Positions 39,585 to 54,613 are shown, counted from the stretch's first letter. The stretch is 64,000 nt of DNA from Octopus sinensis (GCF_006345805.1 NC_042999.1:147312001-147376000), one strand, 5' to 3'. Notes: generated from the sequence alone by a model not told the origin. Numbers and translations: made by a program.

Positions 39585-40624
39585 TTTAGAATGAAAATCA
39601 AAAGTGAATTGACAGCTCATGGCTGGCTATTGCTTATAAATATTTGAAAAGGTACTCCTCAACCCACAAGAAAATGAAACAAAACTTTAGAAAAGGATCG
39701 ATTAGATAGAAGTAACTATCGACGAAACAGTTTGATGTAGGGATGACATTAATTCATGATGTTACCAGTTAAAGGGTCAAACACTATGAAACTTAGGATG
39801 CTATCATGAGATTCAGAAAAATATTAGGGGCTCAATGGGCGAACGTTTATAAACCACATGAGTATGTTGTATAATAATTTTTTTAAATATCAGATAAATG
39901 ATACCATAACCAAATAAGCTAAGTGGTTTATATAGGTCAATTTTAAACATTAAAAGGAAGATTACTATTAAGTAGAATCAATTTAATACCTCACCTTCAC
40001 TTAATTAATTAACTATTAGGTGGTTTCTATAAAGACCAATCAAACCACTTACATATGGGATATCTGGCAAGATATACATACTATCTACTGATTGAAAGTA
40101 ATGAATCAGAAGCAGGGTGATAAGATAATGCATAAAAAATAATGCATACAGATACATATGCAAAAAGATCTTATATATATACATATACACACACACACAC
40201 ACACACACAAATATATATATATATATATATATATTATACATATACACACATCTATATGCGCTTATATATAAAAATATAGTATAATTATTTGGCATAAATA
40301 TAAGTAACTCAAAATATCAATTTAAGAACATGAAAAATAACAGTTTAAGAACCATATTGAGCCACATCTTAACCTACATCCGTACAGGGATGATATGCAA
40401 CATGTTCAACGATTTATAGAACCTTCTATCAGTATAAGCGAAGGTAAATCGGAATGCAAAAATACAAAATCCAATACCATACACAATTTAACAATATAAA
40501 GGTAAAACATAAAGGATAACAGATCAATAGGGTCAACATACCAAAATAAGAACTAAAAAAATAAGAATATATAGAGAATAATAGAAAATACCTATAAAGA
40601 GGAAGAGGATTAAAAATTAAATCC

Positions 40625-41541
40625 AGGAATGCATTTGCCTTCTTTGGTGGTGTAAGTGCGTGCTGGCATGCGTTTCCAAAATACTCCTGTTTCGTCCACG
40701 TTAAAGATTTATTTTGCTAGATAGCACTCATCCGTAATGATTTCGTTCAAATAACTAACAAGCTTATCAGCTGTTTCCTCGTCTGCACTCGCCGCTTCTC
40801 CAGTCATATTATGAAGTTGGAAATTTTCTTTAAATTTTATGAACCAGCTAGTACTTGCTAAAAGATCTTGACTGTATTCTTCTCCAGAATGCTCCCTTAG
40901 ACTCTGAAATAGACTTCTAGCCCTCGACTGCAGACTAAAAATACTTAACGGGGTCAGTTTTTGGATCTGATCTTCAATTCAAATTTGTAGCAATTTTTCC
41001 ACTTCGTGGATTGGCCGAGTCCGCTGCTTTGTTATAACTGTAGATCGCATAGAACTGAACATTTCACTGCTTCACGAATCCTCTCTTTATTCTTCAAAAT
41101 TGTCGAAACAATAGAGTGTGATAATTTCAGTTCACGTGCAATCTCATTCACTTTCTCCCTCCGTGCAGTCTAATCACTATCATTTTTGTTTCGATGCCGA
41201 TGGCCTTTCTCTGCTTCTTAGCAGTTTGAGGAGTAGGTGAAGACAATTTCCTCTTTGTAGACATTTTAGGGAATATGCTTTCAAAGAATATCAAAGTCAA
41301 GACATACAGAGTTACCAGAAGATTCGCGCTTTATCGAGCCTGGAGTTAGTGAAATATTTCAAGCAGTCGTCTGATAAACAAATACGAGGTTGCCTCAATG
41401 TCTCCGCGTCAGGATATTCATGCAACACTTGGGATAACCACAGTGGCGATCGATAACGAAACCCACGGTTAGTGTTTGTTTGCTGACGCCAAAAATCGTA
41501 AAGTCGATCGGTCGTAAGTCGGATAAGTCGATGTTGACCTG
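40625..41541 (-). mobile_element. Tigger/pogo transposon remnant (CENP-B HTH plus start of DDE)
   Basis: Minus-strand peptides IARELKLSHSIVSTILKNK, ASTSWF, GEAASAD, FNVDETGVFWKRMP; terminus TA|CAGGTCAACATCGACTTA at 41541. Confidence 0.88.
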
Positions 41542-41679
41542 TATTTTCGTTTTTACTTTCTGTTTCAAGGGAGAGTATTAGGAGTCTTGCCTCCTTGTGT
41601 AGTTGATGCAAATCTGAGACCTTGTTCTACGAGGAAGAGGTGGTCCCCTCTTGTAGCGATAGCAGTAGCAGCAGCAAAA

Positions 41680-41815
41680 CCAGCTGCACCATCAACGTGT
41701 CCAGCAATAACAACACAAGCACCAGCACGAATAACGTAAGGACACAGACTCAGAAATACGTTGGAGCAACGGAGAGCCCACTTAAGCGACTACTAAATAA
41801 CCACAGAGTCCCGTT
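41680..41815 (+). mobile_element. Penelope GIY-YIG endonuclease fragment
   Basis: CTINV..QKYVGATESPLKRLLNNH matches the YxCxV..YIGxTE..KxRxxNH pattern. Confidence 0.55.
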
Positions 41816-43149
41816 CATATGTGTGCGTGTGTGTATGTGTGAGTGTGTGTGTGTGTGTGTTTGTGTTTATTTGAGTGTGTCAGTATGCTTTTATGTGTGT
41901 GTATTTACCTGTACTGAGTATATAGCAAACATAAAAAAGCAACCACAATTATCTCTCTCATTACATTGCGATTAATCCTACCAGTTTCGTTATGTACGGT
42001 ACGCCTATGTCTATGTAGTCTCTGATATGCATTTTTCAAATATTCTGAGGTAATTTAAACTCATGCAACAACTAGAATATATTTATGATATAATCAAATC
42101 AGGAATATAAATATATTCTTTGGAGCATTTCATTGAATAATTTCAGTTTGCAAATAATTTAAAAAACACAATACTGTGGCTAACATAGAAACACAAGAAA
42201 ACGCTTTTAATCGCAAAAAAAGGTAATTCAATTCCAACAATTGAATCCTTTGAACATACAAAAATGTATATGAGTACATCACGCTATTTTGTGAGCTGTT
42301 TTCCATTTCCGCTACCTGATGCCTATATCTGTATCATTCACCCTTATATTGAAAATATATTTTGGCGAGAAAATTTTTAAAATACCATTCCGAAATATAA
42401 CAATATTTTTTAAACCGTTATTTCGTATAAGCTAAATGTCACGCATTTCGTGGAAACTTATTCGGGATTGTATCGAAATCAAGAACTGAATGGTACTCTT
42501 TTCCTACCTCGCAGTAACAGGAACGTCCTGAGTTAAATTAAGGTGAATGTCGCTCTTACTAATGTGTGAAATTATTCCATAATTTCATCAATCCAATGCT
42601 ATCTATAAAAGGATATCCTAATTCGAATAGTATCAGTCGTTGAATCAAAATTCTGTCCTTTAAGACGTAAATCAACAACAATTTAAGTAGCAATACTAAT
42701 TCATAGTTGGAATCAATTATCAGATTACTCTGCGCTAATTAACGTAACAATCAAGATCGTTGAGCTTGTGGAAGCGTATGTGTGGATGAATGTTGTTCTT
42801 AAAATCTTTGGACAATGAAGCAAGTGAGATGTTAAATAAAATATACAAGGGAATAGCAATGCCTAAAAACAAAGGTGATACGTATCGTATTACCTTCTGT
42901 ATGGGTCATACTTTTATACTTCGGCGGAAATTTTCCTTTTCCATAGAGGAGAGAAAATGTTCAGACTGTTCAGAAATATATTTTGTCATCGGCAAACCAT
43001 TCTTCTTTTCATTACATCACACAACCTTACATATTATGCTAAAAATATCTTTTTATAAAGAGTTCTTTTTTACGATATACATATTTTACGGATGTAGTGA
43101 TATCCAACCGGTTTTCCCTATTTAAATTAGCTTTTCAAGGGACAATGTC

Positions 43150-44390
43150 AAGTAATCAGTTCTTGTGACAAAGGTTTCTCGCCAGTTTGGATGCTTGAAA
43201 AATAAGAATGAGTTTAGATATTGGACAAAGGGGGGTAACAGGTGGCAAGAGCGACAACTAACTCCTCAGTATAATCTTTGAAGTGGTCAAGTTTGTATAT
43301 TAAGGTGTGGTCTGTACTTTTGTATGAACATGTTTTCCTCATTTAGGCGTTCTCGTAAGGAGATTGAATCTTTGCATTAGTATAATGAAAAAATATGGAA
43401 ATTTAATTCTTGCGCATTTGTCGATACGTTCACTCGGGGCTATCTGCCTGAATCGAGGAAAACGTGTCTGTTCTTTATGCAGCGTGACCCTGCGTCTCAA
43501 AGTAAAGCTCGTTTGGCCCACATAATTGAGTCCACAACCTGAACAGGTTAGGACATAGATAAGGTTCTTGGAAGCACATGTGAATTTGGTCTTAATTGAG
43601 AATCTTTCTCCTTGCTGGAATGTGAATTCTGAACCTTCAGTTAGGTATGGCCATGTACTACAAGTTGGTCGTTTGCCTTTTTTAACTGTTAATATCGTAT
43701 GTATTAAGTATAGTTTTGCATTTTTTGGGAGTCTCTTAAGTGGTTTGTGTTGTCTTTTGCATTTGAGGTGTTTATGCGATTTAGGATGTTGTTCATTTTT
43801 GAGTCTTGAGTGAGCAGAGGGAGATTTTGTATAATTGTGTTGTATGTTTCATTGTTTCTCGGGTTGTGGGTTGATATGTATGGGAGTGATTTAAAATGAG
43901 GTGCGGTGTTTTGTTTTGTTGTCCTTAGTGTGTTTGAGTCCTATTTCTTGGGACGTTCAATTCCATGGTCTATAAGTGCGCAGGATATTGTCGTTCAAGT
44001 GTTATTTTGAGGTCTTGTAGGTGAAGTTCCTGAGTGGTTGTCTTAGATACAATTGTACAGATCCTTTTAGCTAGATTGAATGGAATATTTATTTTGGTGT
44101 GTTTAGGATGGCATGAACTGAAAAGGAGATACTGTTTTAAGTCTGTTGGTTTGTAGTCGATGTCATTTGCAATTTGGTTGTTGGATTTTTTATAATCAAA
44201 ATGTACAGAAATGGGAGCTGTTCCTTGCTATATTCCATTGTAAATTGAATATTGGAGTTTATATTGTTCCGTGTGGATTTGATATCCAGACGTTTATCAT
44301 ACGTTTCAATTCCAGATGATAAAACAATCGTCTAGGTACGTTTTCCAGTTTTCTCTTATATACTGGTGGAATGGGGTCCAAATATTCGCA
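43150..44390 (-). mobile_element. Degenerate Penelope-like element (RT C-half plus GIY-YIG)
   Basis: YLDDCFIIW, IQFTMEYSKEQLPFL, SSCHPKHTK, FTCASKNLIYVLTCSGCGLNYVGQT. Confidence 0.88.
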
Positions 44391-45026
44391 GCGAACGTTC
44401 ATATAAAATAGATTCAAAGAAACCTATATATATATATATATGACTTTATGTATTGAGTGATGAATATCTATGTATCTCCAAGGGGTTCAAACATAAGTAC
44501 CTACTAGTATATAGAGATATTATTAGTTATCTAGGTAAAGCGTCAAAATAAGTGTTAGTTATGGATCTTTTTGAAATTTCATGTACAAGGCCTGTTATAT
44601 TTTCCTCTGTTCGCGTGCAAAACATGTGATCCTCCAATTTAGTATAATCTACATAAAGTATGCGAAAGCGATACTGATAGATATTGTTAATGGCGTAGCA
44701 ATGAGAAAAAAAGTGTTAATGTTTCTGTTATTTTTGTCTTTATATGAATAATGTACAGGTTATAGCAATGCATTATGTAGGAAGTAAACTATATTATCTT
44801 TGGTTGATATAAATTCCTCGGCATATATATCGATAGAAGTGTCTGTCAGCCTTCACTAATTCCGCTATTTTACTGAAATGCAAAGGGAAAAAAAGAGAAA
44901 ACTCTAATGCATGGTTAAGATTCTACGAGAGACAGGTATCACACTCTTTAGACTTATTATTCTAAATTGTTTACCTTGTTCGAATCCATAATTCTATACC
45001 TATAATTCTCGAGTAACTTCAGCTTC

Positions 45027-45057
<31 letters not shown>

Positions 45058-45071
45058 CGTGTGCGTGTGTG

Positions 45072-45136
<65 letters not shown>

Positions 45137-45151
<15 letters not shown>

Positions 45152-45408
45152 GGTTGTAACACTTATCTCTAAGTGTGCGTGTGTGTATGTATATATATAT
45201 ATATATGTATGTATATATGTATATTTCCTGAGCGCCATACTAATACAATTGTTTGTTTGTATTCCACCTGCCTTCGTCTTTTGTCTATTTTCATAAAGCT
45301 TCCCTTTATATATGTATGTATGCATGTATGTATGTATATATGTATGTATATATGTATGTATGTTTGGTTGTAACACTTATCTCTAAGTGTGCGTGTGTGT
45401 ATGTATAT
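45137..45408. repeat. Identical 58-bp direct repeats flanking a 156-bp insert with a Penelope-like fragment
   Basis: 45137-45194 equals 45351-45408; the insert 45224-45306 resembles 61501-61580 in reverse. Confidence 0.85.
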
Positions 45409-46132
45409 TAATGATACGTTTCAATTGCTGGAATATACGAGAATGGAAACATAGACGTTTAAGATGAAAATAATATGAAGAGAAATACAAACTATAAACC
45501 TTTGGATATATGTATATAAATGCATTCGTATAAAAAGTACTGGTTATTACATCTAATATTTTAGATTAACCTCTTTCAAGAAATGTTGGAAAGGAAAATG
45601 AAGATATTCATATAGCAGGGGAAAAAAAGCTACGAGGTTTTGTTTCGTGAACATAGAGTAATTCGGTTTTCTTTATGAAAGTCATACGAATGGATCCGAA
45701 CATTATTATTGCACTAAGCCATAATATGCATGATGGATGCATATTATGAAAAATTTAAATTTTGTAGATAAGTATGAATTAAATCATTCCAGAAACTCGA
45801 AGGCAATTTTTATAAGGATTGATTTTTACATATGGGAAGTTATTATGGCTTGCAATATTGGAATTTTAAGTTAAAAAACAAAAGCAAGTTACAAGAAATG
45901 TTTTATATATAGAAATAAATTAAGTCTTGCTTGTAGAAGAGTTTTTAGATAAAATCCAAAATTAACTTGCAATACACACACAGCAGGTGTGAATATAATT
46001 TCAGATATGTATAATTTCTTCGGGAATCTGCTGTAACGTAAACATCGATCACTGGCGAATGCGTAGAAGCATGGAATTGCAGATAATTACCAAAAATACT
46101 TCGTTCAGAGAATTAATGTGGAAGTCAGCAGG

Positions 46133-46176
<44 letters not shown>

Positions 46177-46521
46177 ACACACATACATACATACATACAT
46201 ACATACATACATACATACATACATACATACATACATACATACATGCATACATACATACATACATACATGTACATATACACACCACATATATATATGCACA
46301 TTTATATATATTTATATATATGTATGTATGTATATGTTAAATAAAGAACTGCATTAGACTCCTCACTCGTATTATTATCGAACCGGGACTTTAACTACGG
46401 CCCTTCCAAAGCACTTACATAGCGTTACCTGCCACCTTAGGTTTTCTGGATACAATACCTCTCATATATATGTATATATGTATGTATTTATGTATATATA
46501 TATATGTATATATAGATATAG

Positions 46522-46573
<52 letters not shown>

Positions 46574-48404
46574 GTATGTAAGCATATATGCATGCATATA
46601 TGTATGTGAGTATGTATATGTATGCATCCAAGAAAATATTTTTAAATGATCCAATGTTTATTCATTTAATTTTACAAACTCTTCTTTAGTAAAGTCAAAG
46701 TAAGACGAATAAAATGAGGGGTATAAACATATGTACCAGCGAAAATAGTGTCGAATAGTTGCTGAAATTGTTCTTTGCAGTACTGGGACCTGGGGAACTT
46801 ATACGTTTCACCTGAGTGTTATTTCCGTTGTAGATGGTTATTTAGACAAGAAACATAATCCCTACCTCAATATTTGGTTTGGGATCGACCTCGGGCATTG
46901 TCGGGAGATAAATAGTCGAATTATGTCCCATTATCCTTCGAGTTTTCGCCTGTTATCACCAGTCGTATCATCACAATATTTCCTTTGGAATATAATGGAT
47001 ATATCATGGGCACTGTCAATTAAGGTGTATTCATGTCTCAGCCTTGTAACTCAGGCAAAATGTACACTTATGTTTGGAAATCTTGTGTGAATAATCATGT
47101 TTCTCTATGTGAAATATAAAGCTTGTCTATCTGTTTGTACCTAAGTAGTTGAGACTTTAGAAGATACTGAATGACATACATATTCAGTCCCAAACTACGT
47201 AAATCGGATAACACTCAGTAAATCACAGTAAAAAACAATCAAATATTAACAAGTAATCGTTTTTATATGCAGCATCGTAATATTCTTTAAGTGTTGAACT
47301 GACACACAGTATAGTAAAATACGTTTTCTTTTTTCTTTTTTGTAATAAACGCATGCAGCAGGAAAAACTGGGTAAATGTGTAGAACATCATCAACTTGCA
47401 TAAGGCTGTGTCTGATCATATATGATATATTCATCTAAATCATCCGTTATTTAAATTTCACATTTATACGCTTATTCAGAGTTGATCAACCATCACATTA
47501 AAGTTTGTCTTCTATGGAAATTAAATATTTTATAATAAAGAATATGAAATTAAATTTTATAGAGAAACATTTTCTTTTCTCAATTTATTACTGTACATAA
47601 ATAACGCGCGTAAAAAATTCTCTTGTTATTTTAAGCTTTAAACTAAATTGCCGTAAGGTAAATATTATTATGTGTAGCTGACAAAGTAAAGCTTTAATTT
47701 CATAATATTACATATCCTTTTGCATACATATCTTTAAACATTTATTCTCCTTTGATTATTTTATTTCAGCCATTCAATCCAACCACTATAATTTTTCAAA
47801 CTGATTTCCGTTATCTCAATATCTGTATAAACAACCAGTTTTTAGAACTGTATTAGGATAATGTCCGTACATACATAATACATACAAGTATACTTGCATC
47901 TATATGTGCGTGTGTATGTATATGTGCTTACTTATAAATATATATACCTGTATGTACGAATTTATTTAAAGTATTAATAACTTCCTTGTATCATTGAACG
48001 TGTAAACGAGAGCAATGTTTGCAATGATCATGAAGCAGTGCTGGTGAGAAATTAAGCACAGCATAAATGGAGAGTCAGAGAAAGGATGTCGTACGAACCT
48101 GCATAGATCGTTTCAAGATACGGTTATATTTCGGTAAAAATTATCCTTTTCTAACATATGAAAGGAAAAATTATAAACGAGGTGTCTGAAATATATATAT
48201 TGATGTTGGTTGAGAATTTAAACGCTTTCATCAGATTTTATAGTGATACAATATACAGTATTCAGTTTTTTTCCTGTCTACATATTTGCACACAAACATA
48301 CAATCGAAAGATACACACACAAACACACAAATATATGCCTGCAAATATATACATATATATACATATATATATACAAACATATATATAGACGTATATATAT
48401 ATAA

Positions 48405-48483
<79 letters not shown>

Positions 48484-48494
48484 TATATATATAT

Positions 48495-48805
48495 CAGAAG
48501 AAAATGTACAAGTCCTTTAAGAATAATGACCTAGGTATATCTATAGAGAATGAGCATTATTCAGTAAATTATCTAGACGTCAACCTTAATCTAGTCACAA
48601 ATAAGATCCATCCATCCCATAAGTTAAATGACAACCGAAAGTATACTAGTTCTTAAAGTAACCATCAAAAATCAGTTAAAGAAGTCTTAATAAATAATAT
48701 AGGTAAAAGAATATCCATGTTATTCTCAGATTATAACCCTTTTATAAACATGCCCCATATTATAATAAAACTTTAAAGGAAACAGGATATAACTCTAATA
48801 TAAAT
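48495..48805 (+). mobile_element. Penelope RT thumb fragment
   Basis: SFKNNDLGISIE..VNYLDVNLNL..SNH..HAPYYNKTLKETGY. Confidence 0.8.
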
Positions 48806-48826
48806 TATTTAATTATTATGAACGCA

Positions 48827-48865
<39 letters not shown>

Positions 48866-49012
48866 GAGTGTATTTTTACCTTATTAACAATTAACACGGA
48901 AAAAAAATAAATAGTTACCAGGGTAGCAAAAATCTCACGAGTAAAGATGTTGTAACTCCTTGTTTATAAAGGTAGAAACTTCGTATTTACGTGGAATATT
49001 TTGAATAATATA

Positions 49013-50577
49013 TGAATAAATAAATGGAGTTTAACGCAGCTGTAACTCAAATATTTTTACTTTCGACACATGTTTCGAAAATTCCACTGATACTATTCAA
49101 AAGAATAAATGGTATAAACAATGCAATCTCTCTTCAGGAAAGTGAAAAAAACGAAACTCGTCAATAAGATATTTTAGCAAAAATAGCGATTGACTGAACG
49201 CTATTAATATTGTTTAAAAAACGTTATATGATATAATGTCATAAGTAGCTTACAGAAAGAGTAGGGATATTAATAGTGAATGTTAAATATAAAGGAAATT
49301 AAAGTTTAAATTATATATAATGATAGAGACTACTTATATGCACTAAATTTGTGTTTTTGCCAATGTTTACATCTGTATGCTCGCTCTATAACCGTGTTTA
49401 CTAGGGGATTTTTAGAAAAAATAATGAAAAAATAATTCAGAATTGCAGAGAAGACAGAATTCCTTGCCTTTGCCATAATGCATCAAACTTGAGAGAATCA
49501 ACCATTCTAAATGAAATTGTTGATTGTGGTCTTTTAAATCCCAAATCAGTCTGCTGAGACCGGTACTATTACGTTTATTTATATCCCTAAATGTTGAGTA
49601 ATGGATAGAAATTCTTTTAGATAACTCTAACGATGTGCTTCCAATGTAAAATCGTACTTTATTACGAGTACTGATTATACACTGGTATATACAATTTTTA
49701 ATCTTAGAGTTACTTCACATAAACTTAATTCTATTGGAATTGACTTCAGATACAATAACCTTGTTATTAATATTTCTAGAGGGTTGGATGGTATTAGCTA
49801 AATTAATGTTAGTATTAGTAAATGTATTAATATTTCACAGTTTGTTATTATGTGAAGAGATAATTTGTAAGAGATTTTTTGTGTTTGAAAAACCGATCCT
49901 AACCGTATGTGAATTGATAATAGAGTAATACCTAGAATTTTTTGGAAAATTCCTAGCAATAGCTTGACGAAACAGCAGTGGGAGATTAGATTTAATTTGT
50001 CTCCCGTAAGGAATTATTAACCAAATATTTTTTACTAGTATTCATAGCGTAATTATTTTTGAAGGTGTTATATTTACTTTTAGAACGATAATAGAGGATT
50101 AAATAAGGGTTATCTGCCTTCATTCGCTTTGTATCGGTGCGTAAGTTATGTTTGTTATCAATAATTCTTTTACGACTAGAAATCTTATGTATATTATTGA
50201 ATTTACAATTAGACTGAGAAGAATCAATGTAGAAAATTTTCTCTGTATAACCTGCTTTAATTAAGGCAGAGTTATAGAATTCAGCGTTATTATTGAAAAA
50301 ATCAACATTAGCAGATAATTTAGATAATCTAAATGAAATATTCTTAGTAATTGCTCTAGGATGATTACTAAATTTGCTAATGTACTTAAGATTGGACAAC
50401 GGTTTACGATATGGGAAGTAAGAGTCACTGTGTAAATTAAGCGTAATGTTTAAAAAGTTGGCCTATGTCATATCGTCATCAAAAACGATTTTTAAGCCCA
50501 TTCTACTGAAAAAATTAACATGTGTCGAAAGTAAAATATTTGATTTACACCTGCGTTAAACTCCATTTATTTATTCA
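49013..50577 (-). mobile_element. 5'-truncated Penelope-like element with inverted partial pseudo-LTRs
   Basis: RT thumb (NFLNITLNL..PYRKP..SNHP) and GIY-YIG (CIYQC..FYIGST..CLLCNSE); inverted repeat 49013-49074 / 50517-50577. Confidence 0.85.
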
Positions 50578-50592
50578 CATTTTATTCTTGTA

Positions 50593-50974
50593 CTTGTTTC
50601 AGGCATTTGACTGCGGACATGTTGGAGCACTGCCTTCAATAAAAAAAATCGCCCTCAGGACTTAATCTTTGTAAGCCTAGTACTTATTCTAACGTCCTCT
50701 TTTGCCGAAGCGCTAGGCTACAGGATATTAAACACACCAACATTGGTTGTCTAGCGATGTGGAAGGACAAAACAGACACACAAATACACTCACTCTTTCT
50801 CTCCCCTGCCCCACGTATATATACGACATGCATCTTCCAATTTCCATCTACCAATACAATTTGCTGGGCCCGAGGGTATAGCAGAAGACACTTGCCCAAG
50901 GAGCCAGTGGGACTGAACCTGGAGACTATGCGGTTGCGAAGGAAGGTTCTTATCACAGATCCACGCCTGCGCCT
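50593..50974 (-). mobile_element. SINE family A, diverged copy
   Basis: Aligns to the reverse complement of 25667-26100. Confidence 0.85.
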
Positions 50975-51093
50975 ATATGCACATGTGTGTGTGTGTGTGT
51001 GTGTGTGTGATACATGTATGCATGATGGCCTTCTTAGTCGCCAAGAATTATTTGAATTAGTGAAATCGACAAATACCAGTACACTGAACTTCC

Positions 51094-51400
51094 GTTGACA
51101 GAAGAGGAAGTAATGAGATATAAAAGTGTTTTATAACGTATAATTTAAACCAAAACCGGCTGCAGTTGATAAAGAACGCAGGACCATGGAATCTTCGTTC
51201 CTGAACAGGAAGTGGTAGTAAAGAAAAACAAGATGTTTTGAAAAGTAGGGAAAAGTGGACTGCAGTGAAGTGAGGACACCAGTCATTTTCTAACCGTCGT
51301 CAACTCGTTGTCTTTTCTGTTTAGAGTGTCCAAACTATCAGTTGCAAAACGTAGAGGTTGGAAACCTCATTGAACTCTCATTAATGTCTCTTCTGTCAAC
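51094..51400. mobile_element. MITE-like element with 25-bp terminal inverted repeats
   Basis: GTTGACAGAAGAGGAAGTAATGAGA vs reverse complement of 51376-51400: 22/25. Confidence 0.55.
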
Positions 51401-52624
51401 ACACTCCTGAATGTGGACTCTGTTTGGAAATTCAAGGTCCCATTGCCCACTGCAAATTCGCTGTACCCTTTTGTTCTCTTCCTTTTTCTTTACAAATATA
51501 ACATATTTTTTAGTAAATATTTTCTAGCATGTTTTAATGTATGCCTTTTAAATTCTTTACCTTCTACAGAACTTTTGTGTTTTACAATATATGTGTGAGG
51601 TGCTGAAAATTGATGGTTTTGTGTAAAAGAAAATACAGCAGAATCAATTAACTATGATTTTATCCGACTAATTCCACTAGCATATTCATACAATTGTTTC
51701 AACAGCCCTTCAATGCTTCTAAGCTCTGTAAAAAATCTCAGAAGACTGGGCCTCCAGCCAGGCCTTACGCGACACCCTTAAAACTAAGAACTTTACCGCA
51801 CTCCCTCCTTTGGTGTGATTTATTATCCATTAAAATAATATTCCTTAAGTATAAACGTACAGCCCACGGAAGGTGATATTAACTATTTCAGTTGTTTTCT
51901 TAATTTGTTCATTTACATAATAGGAAATAGTGATCTGCCAATAATTCCCAATATGATACTCATAAAAGATAGGCCACTCATACATAACTACTTATATACA
52001 TATACACCCATATACACAGATATTTGTGTGTATAAGTACAAAAATAGGTAGTTATGTGTTAGTGTCTGTGTTTCCAAAACTTTATTTATTATGATAATAA
52101 TATTTATTAATACATCTGGAATTTGTTTTCTTAACTTCATAGTTCCTCATTCTACCAATACCTAATTACAAATTCTTATTTTCAATACTAATTATAATGT
52201 TATAGTTATCAGCAAAACTTTAAATTTATATTATAATTCTGTAATCCATACATAGAAATACATAAATATAATCAGGGAGAATTATAGACACATATATTGA
52301 TTATTAGATAGTGATGTAGATAAATTCGTAAACGTTGAGACGGATTGATGTAGATAGGTATTCAGACACAGTTATATTTATGAATAAATAAATTACAAGG
52401 TATTGAGATAAACACAGACATGTAAATTAATATACAGATATATAGATAGTTATGTTGATACAGAGTTGTAATTCGAGTAAAACATTGAATGTGGTGACAA
52501 ATAGATAGACTCTTAGATACGAATAAAATCATTGATAGCGAGCCAGCTACACGTGTTCATGGGTGAGCATGTAATAACTATTTTAAAATGTGTATCTGTG
52601 CTTCTGGAAAAGTACATATCTACT

Positions 52625-52667
<43 letters not shown>

Positions 52668-52668
52668 A

Positions 52669-52700
<32 letters not shown>

Positions 52701-54613
52701 GTCACATACATTATTCTTAAACAAGAATGTTATTGACTGTGACATCAAAGTTTCAACCAGCTAAACCACCGTTGGATTGAAAACAAATGCACACACGCAC
52801 ACACACATTATTTCTTCATATGTTCCAGCTGATTCGGACGACAATGTTGCTAATCGCTGGTATACCTTTCTGTGGAGAACATTTTCTTTCAGATTTGTGT
52901 TCATAATTCTTTCACTTTTATGACATAAAGGAACTTAGGCTAATGTATTTCGAATCCCCCAGTGTCTCGAAATCGTTGGGATTCATCAACCAAAGCAAAT
53001 CCCAGAATAAGGTATCTTGCAAGAATTTTTCATTTCATTAAGCAAAATATTATCTGTTGTGCGCTGATAACTGCTAACCGAGACTTATACATTCTGAACA
53101 CGCTCCGGTAGTGTCGACAAAAGTAAATATGTTAACCACTGTTGTACCGCTTAAATAGAGAACAACTTCTTTCAGACGTAAGTGTTCGCTGTGCATATGA
53201 TTTTTTTTCTACAAATAATTAACTAATTTCCATAAAACATACAAGTGTATTATTTTCTCTAATCAAGTTCTCCAGAAATGTTTCTTTTTTCCAGCAGTGA
53301 CTATATACAATACTCATTCACGAAACATCGCATCTCCAATCACAAATGGAATAGTTCTAAGAAGGGATCAAACGTCAGAAGCAATACTCTTTGTTGACTG
53401 AAAAATCTTAAAGCATTACTTAGAATCTCCTTCGCAAAAAATGCACAGGTGAGAAAAAATTTCAATAAAATAACAATTACTCACCAACAACGGACATCCA
53501 GATAAATTGATATACCTAGGTGTAGCACACAATATACAAATAAAAACAAAAACAAAATTCAGATAGCCCATCTATAAAAATATTCAGAAATCCGCTTTCA
53601 GTGTACTGTATCTATGAAGTTTGTATTAACTGTTGGATAAAACAATATATTATGAAACATCCTGTAAGAGGACACATTAAATGCATTACACCAAACTATG
53701 AAATAACATGAGTAATATGATAGAAAAAACAAAAATACTAAAGATACAAAGATACTTTCTTAACGTTAGGAAACGAAAAACATGTTAACATATGAACAAA
53801 CGACTGGGGAATAAAATGATATATTAGGCTGCTTATATTGCAAATGTGAATCTTATATTGTCAAGATATGCGACTTTCATTCCGGTTCACCATGCACTTA
53901 AAAACAGCAACAATTGCCATGAGTCTACTATGAAATCCAACACAAAAATACTATAAGAAACGTTAATATATATTACATTTATATTCTATTATATTCCTTA
54001 CAAAAACAGGCAGCTTATGGTGAAACATAGTTCTTAAACATATACAAGAACAGTATACACTTGTCACTAACAAAATTAAAGCTGGCTGTCATAATATAAA
54101 TTTATGTGAATTCGATACTAGTTTGATTGCTCCTCGATTTAAACTGCCCCCTTCTAGTGGTTCATTCACATGCACATACACATAGGCACACACATTACTG
54201 TATGTATCTATGTATGTATGTGAACAGACACACTCATACACACACACACACACACACATACCTAAAAAATATATATATAATGAAGGTATTTTATATGACA
54301 CAGGTAGAAATATAGGGAAGTGAAAATGCAAGGGCATTCGTTAAAACTTTTTAGTTCTTAAATTTCAAAGACGCAACAGATTTCTATGATTTTCAAAAGT
54401 TGAGAGAGAAAGACAAGGAATTATGCCGCAACTGTCTTCTGATTGGAGTTCAAAATTTCTCTTGCTTTTATAAAGAGGACATGGCTCAAATTAGTATTTG
54501 TTTTGAGGATGGTTTGATTGGCTGAGGATGATCACATTTTCAGTTAGAACCTTTTGTATGTTCCCCGCTAAGTCCGTTCATTAACTACCATGTGACAATA
54601 TTTTTGGCACCGT

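Noticed and set aside
53173-53183. CAG-AC-GTAAGT as a 2-nt microexon or recursive splice site
   Set aside because: Not an AG|GT zero-length site, and a 2-nt exon is implausible without read data.
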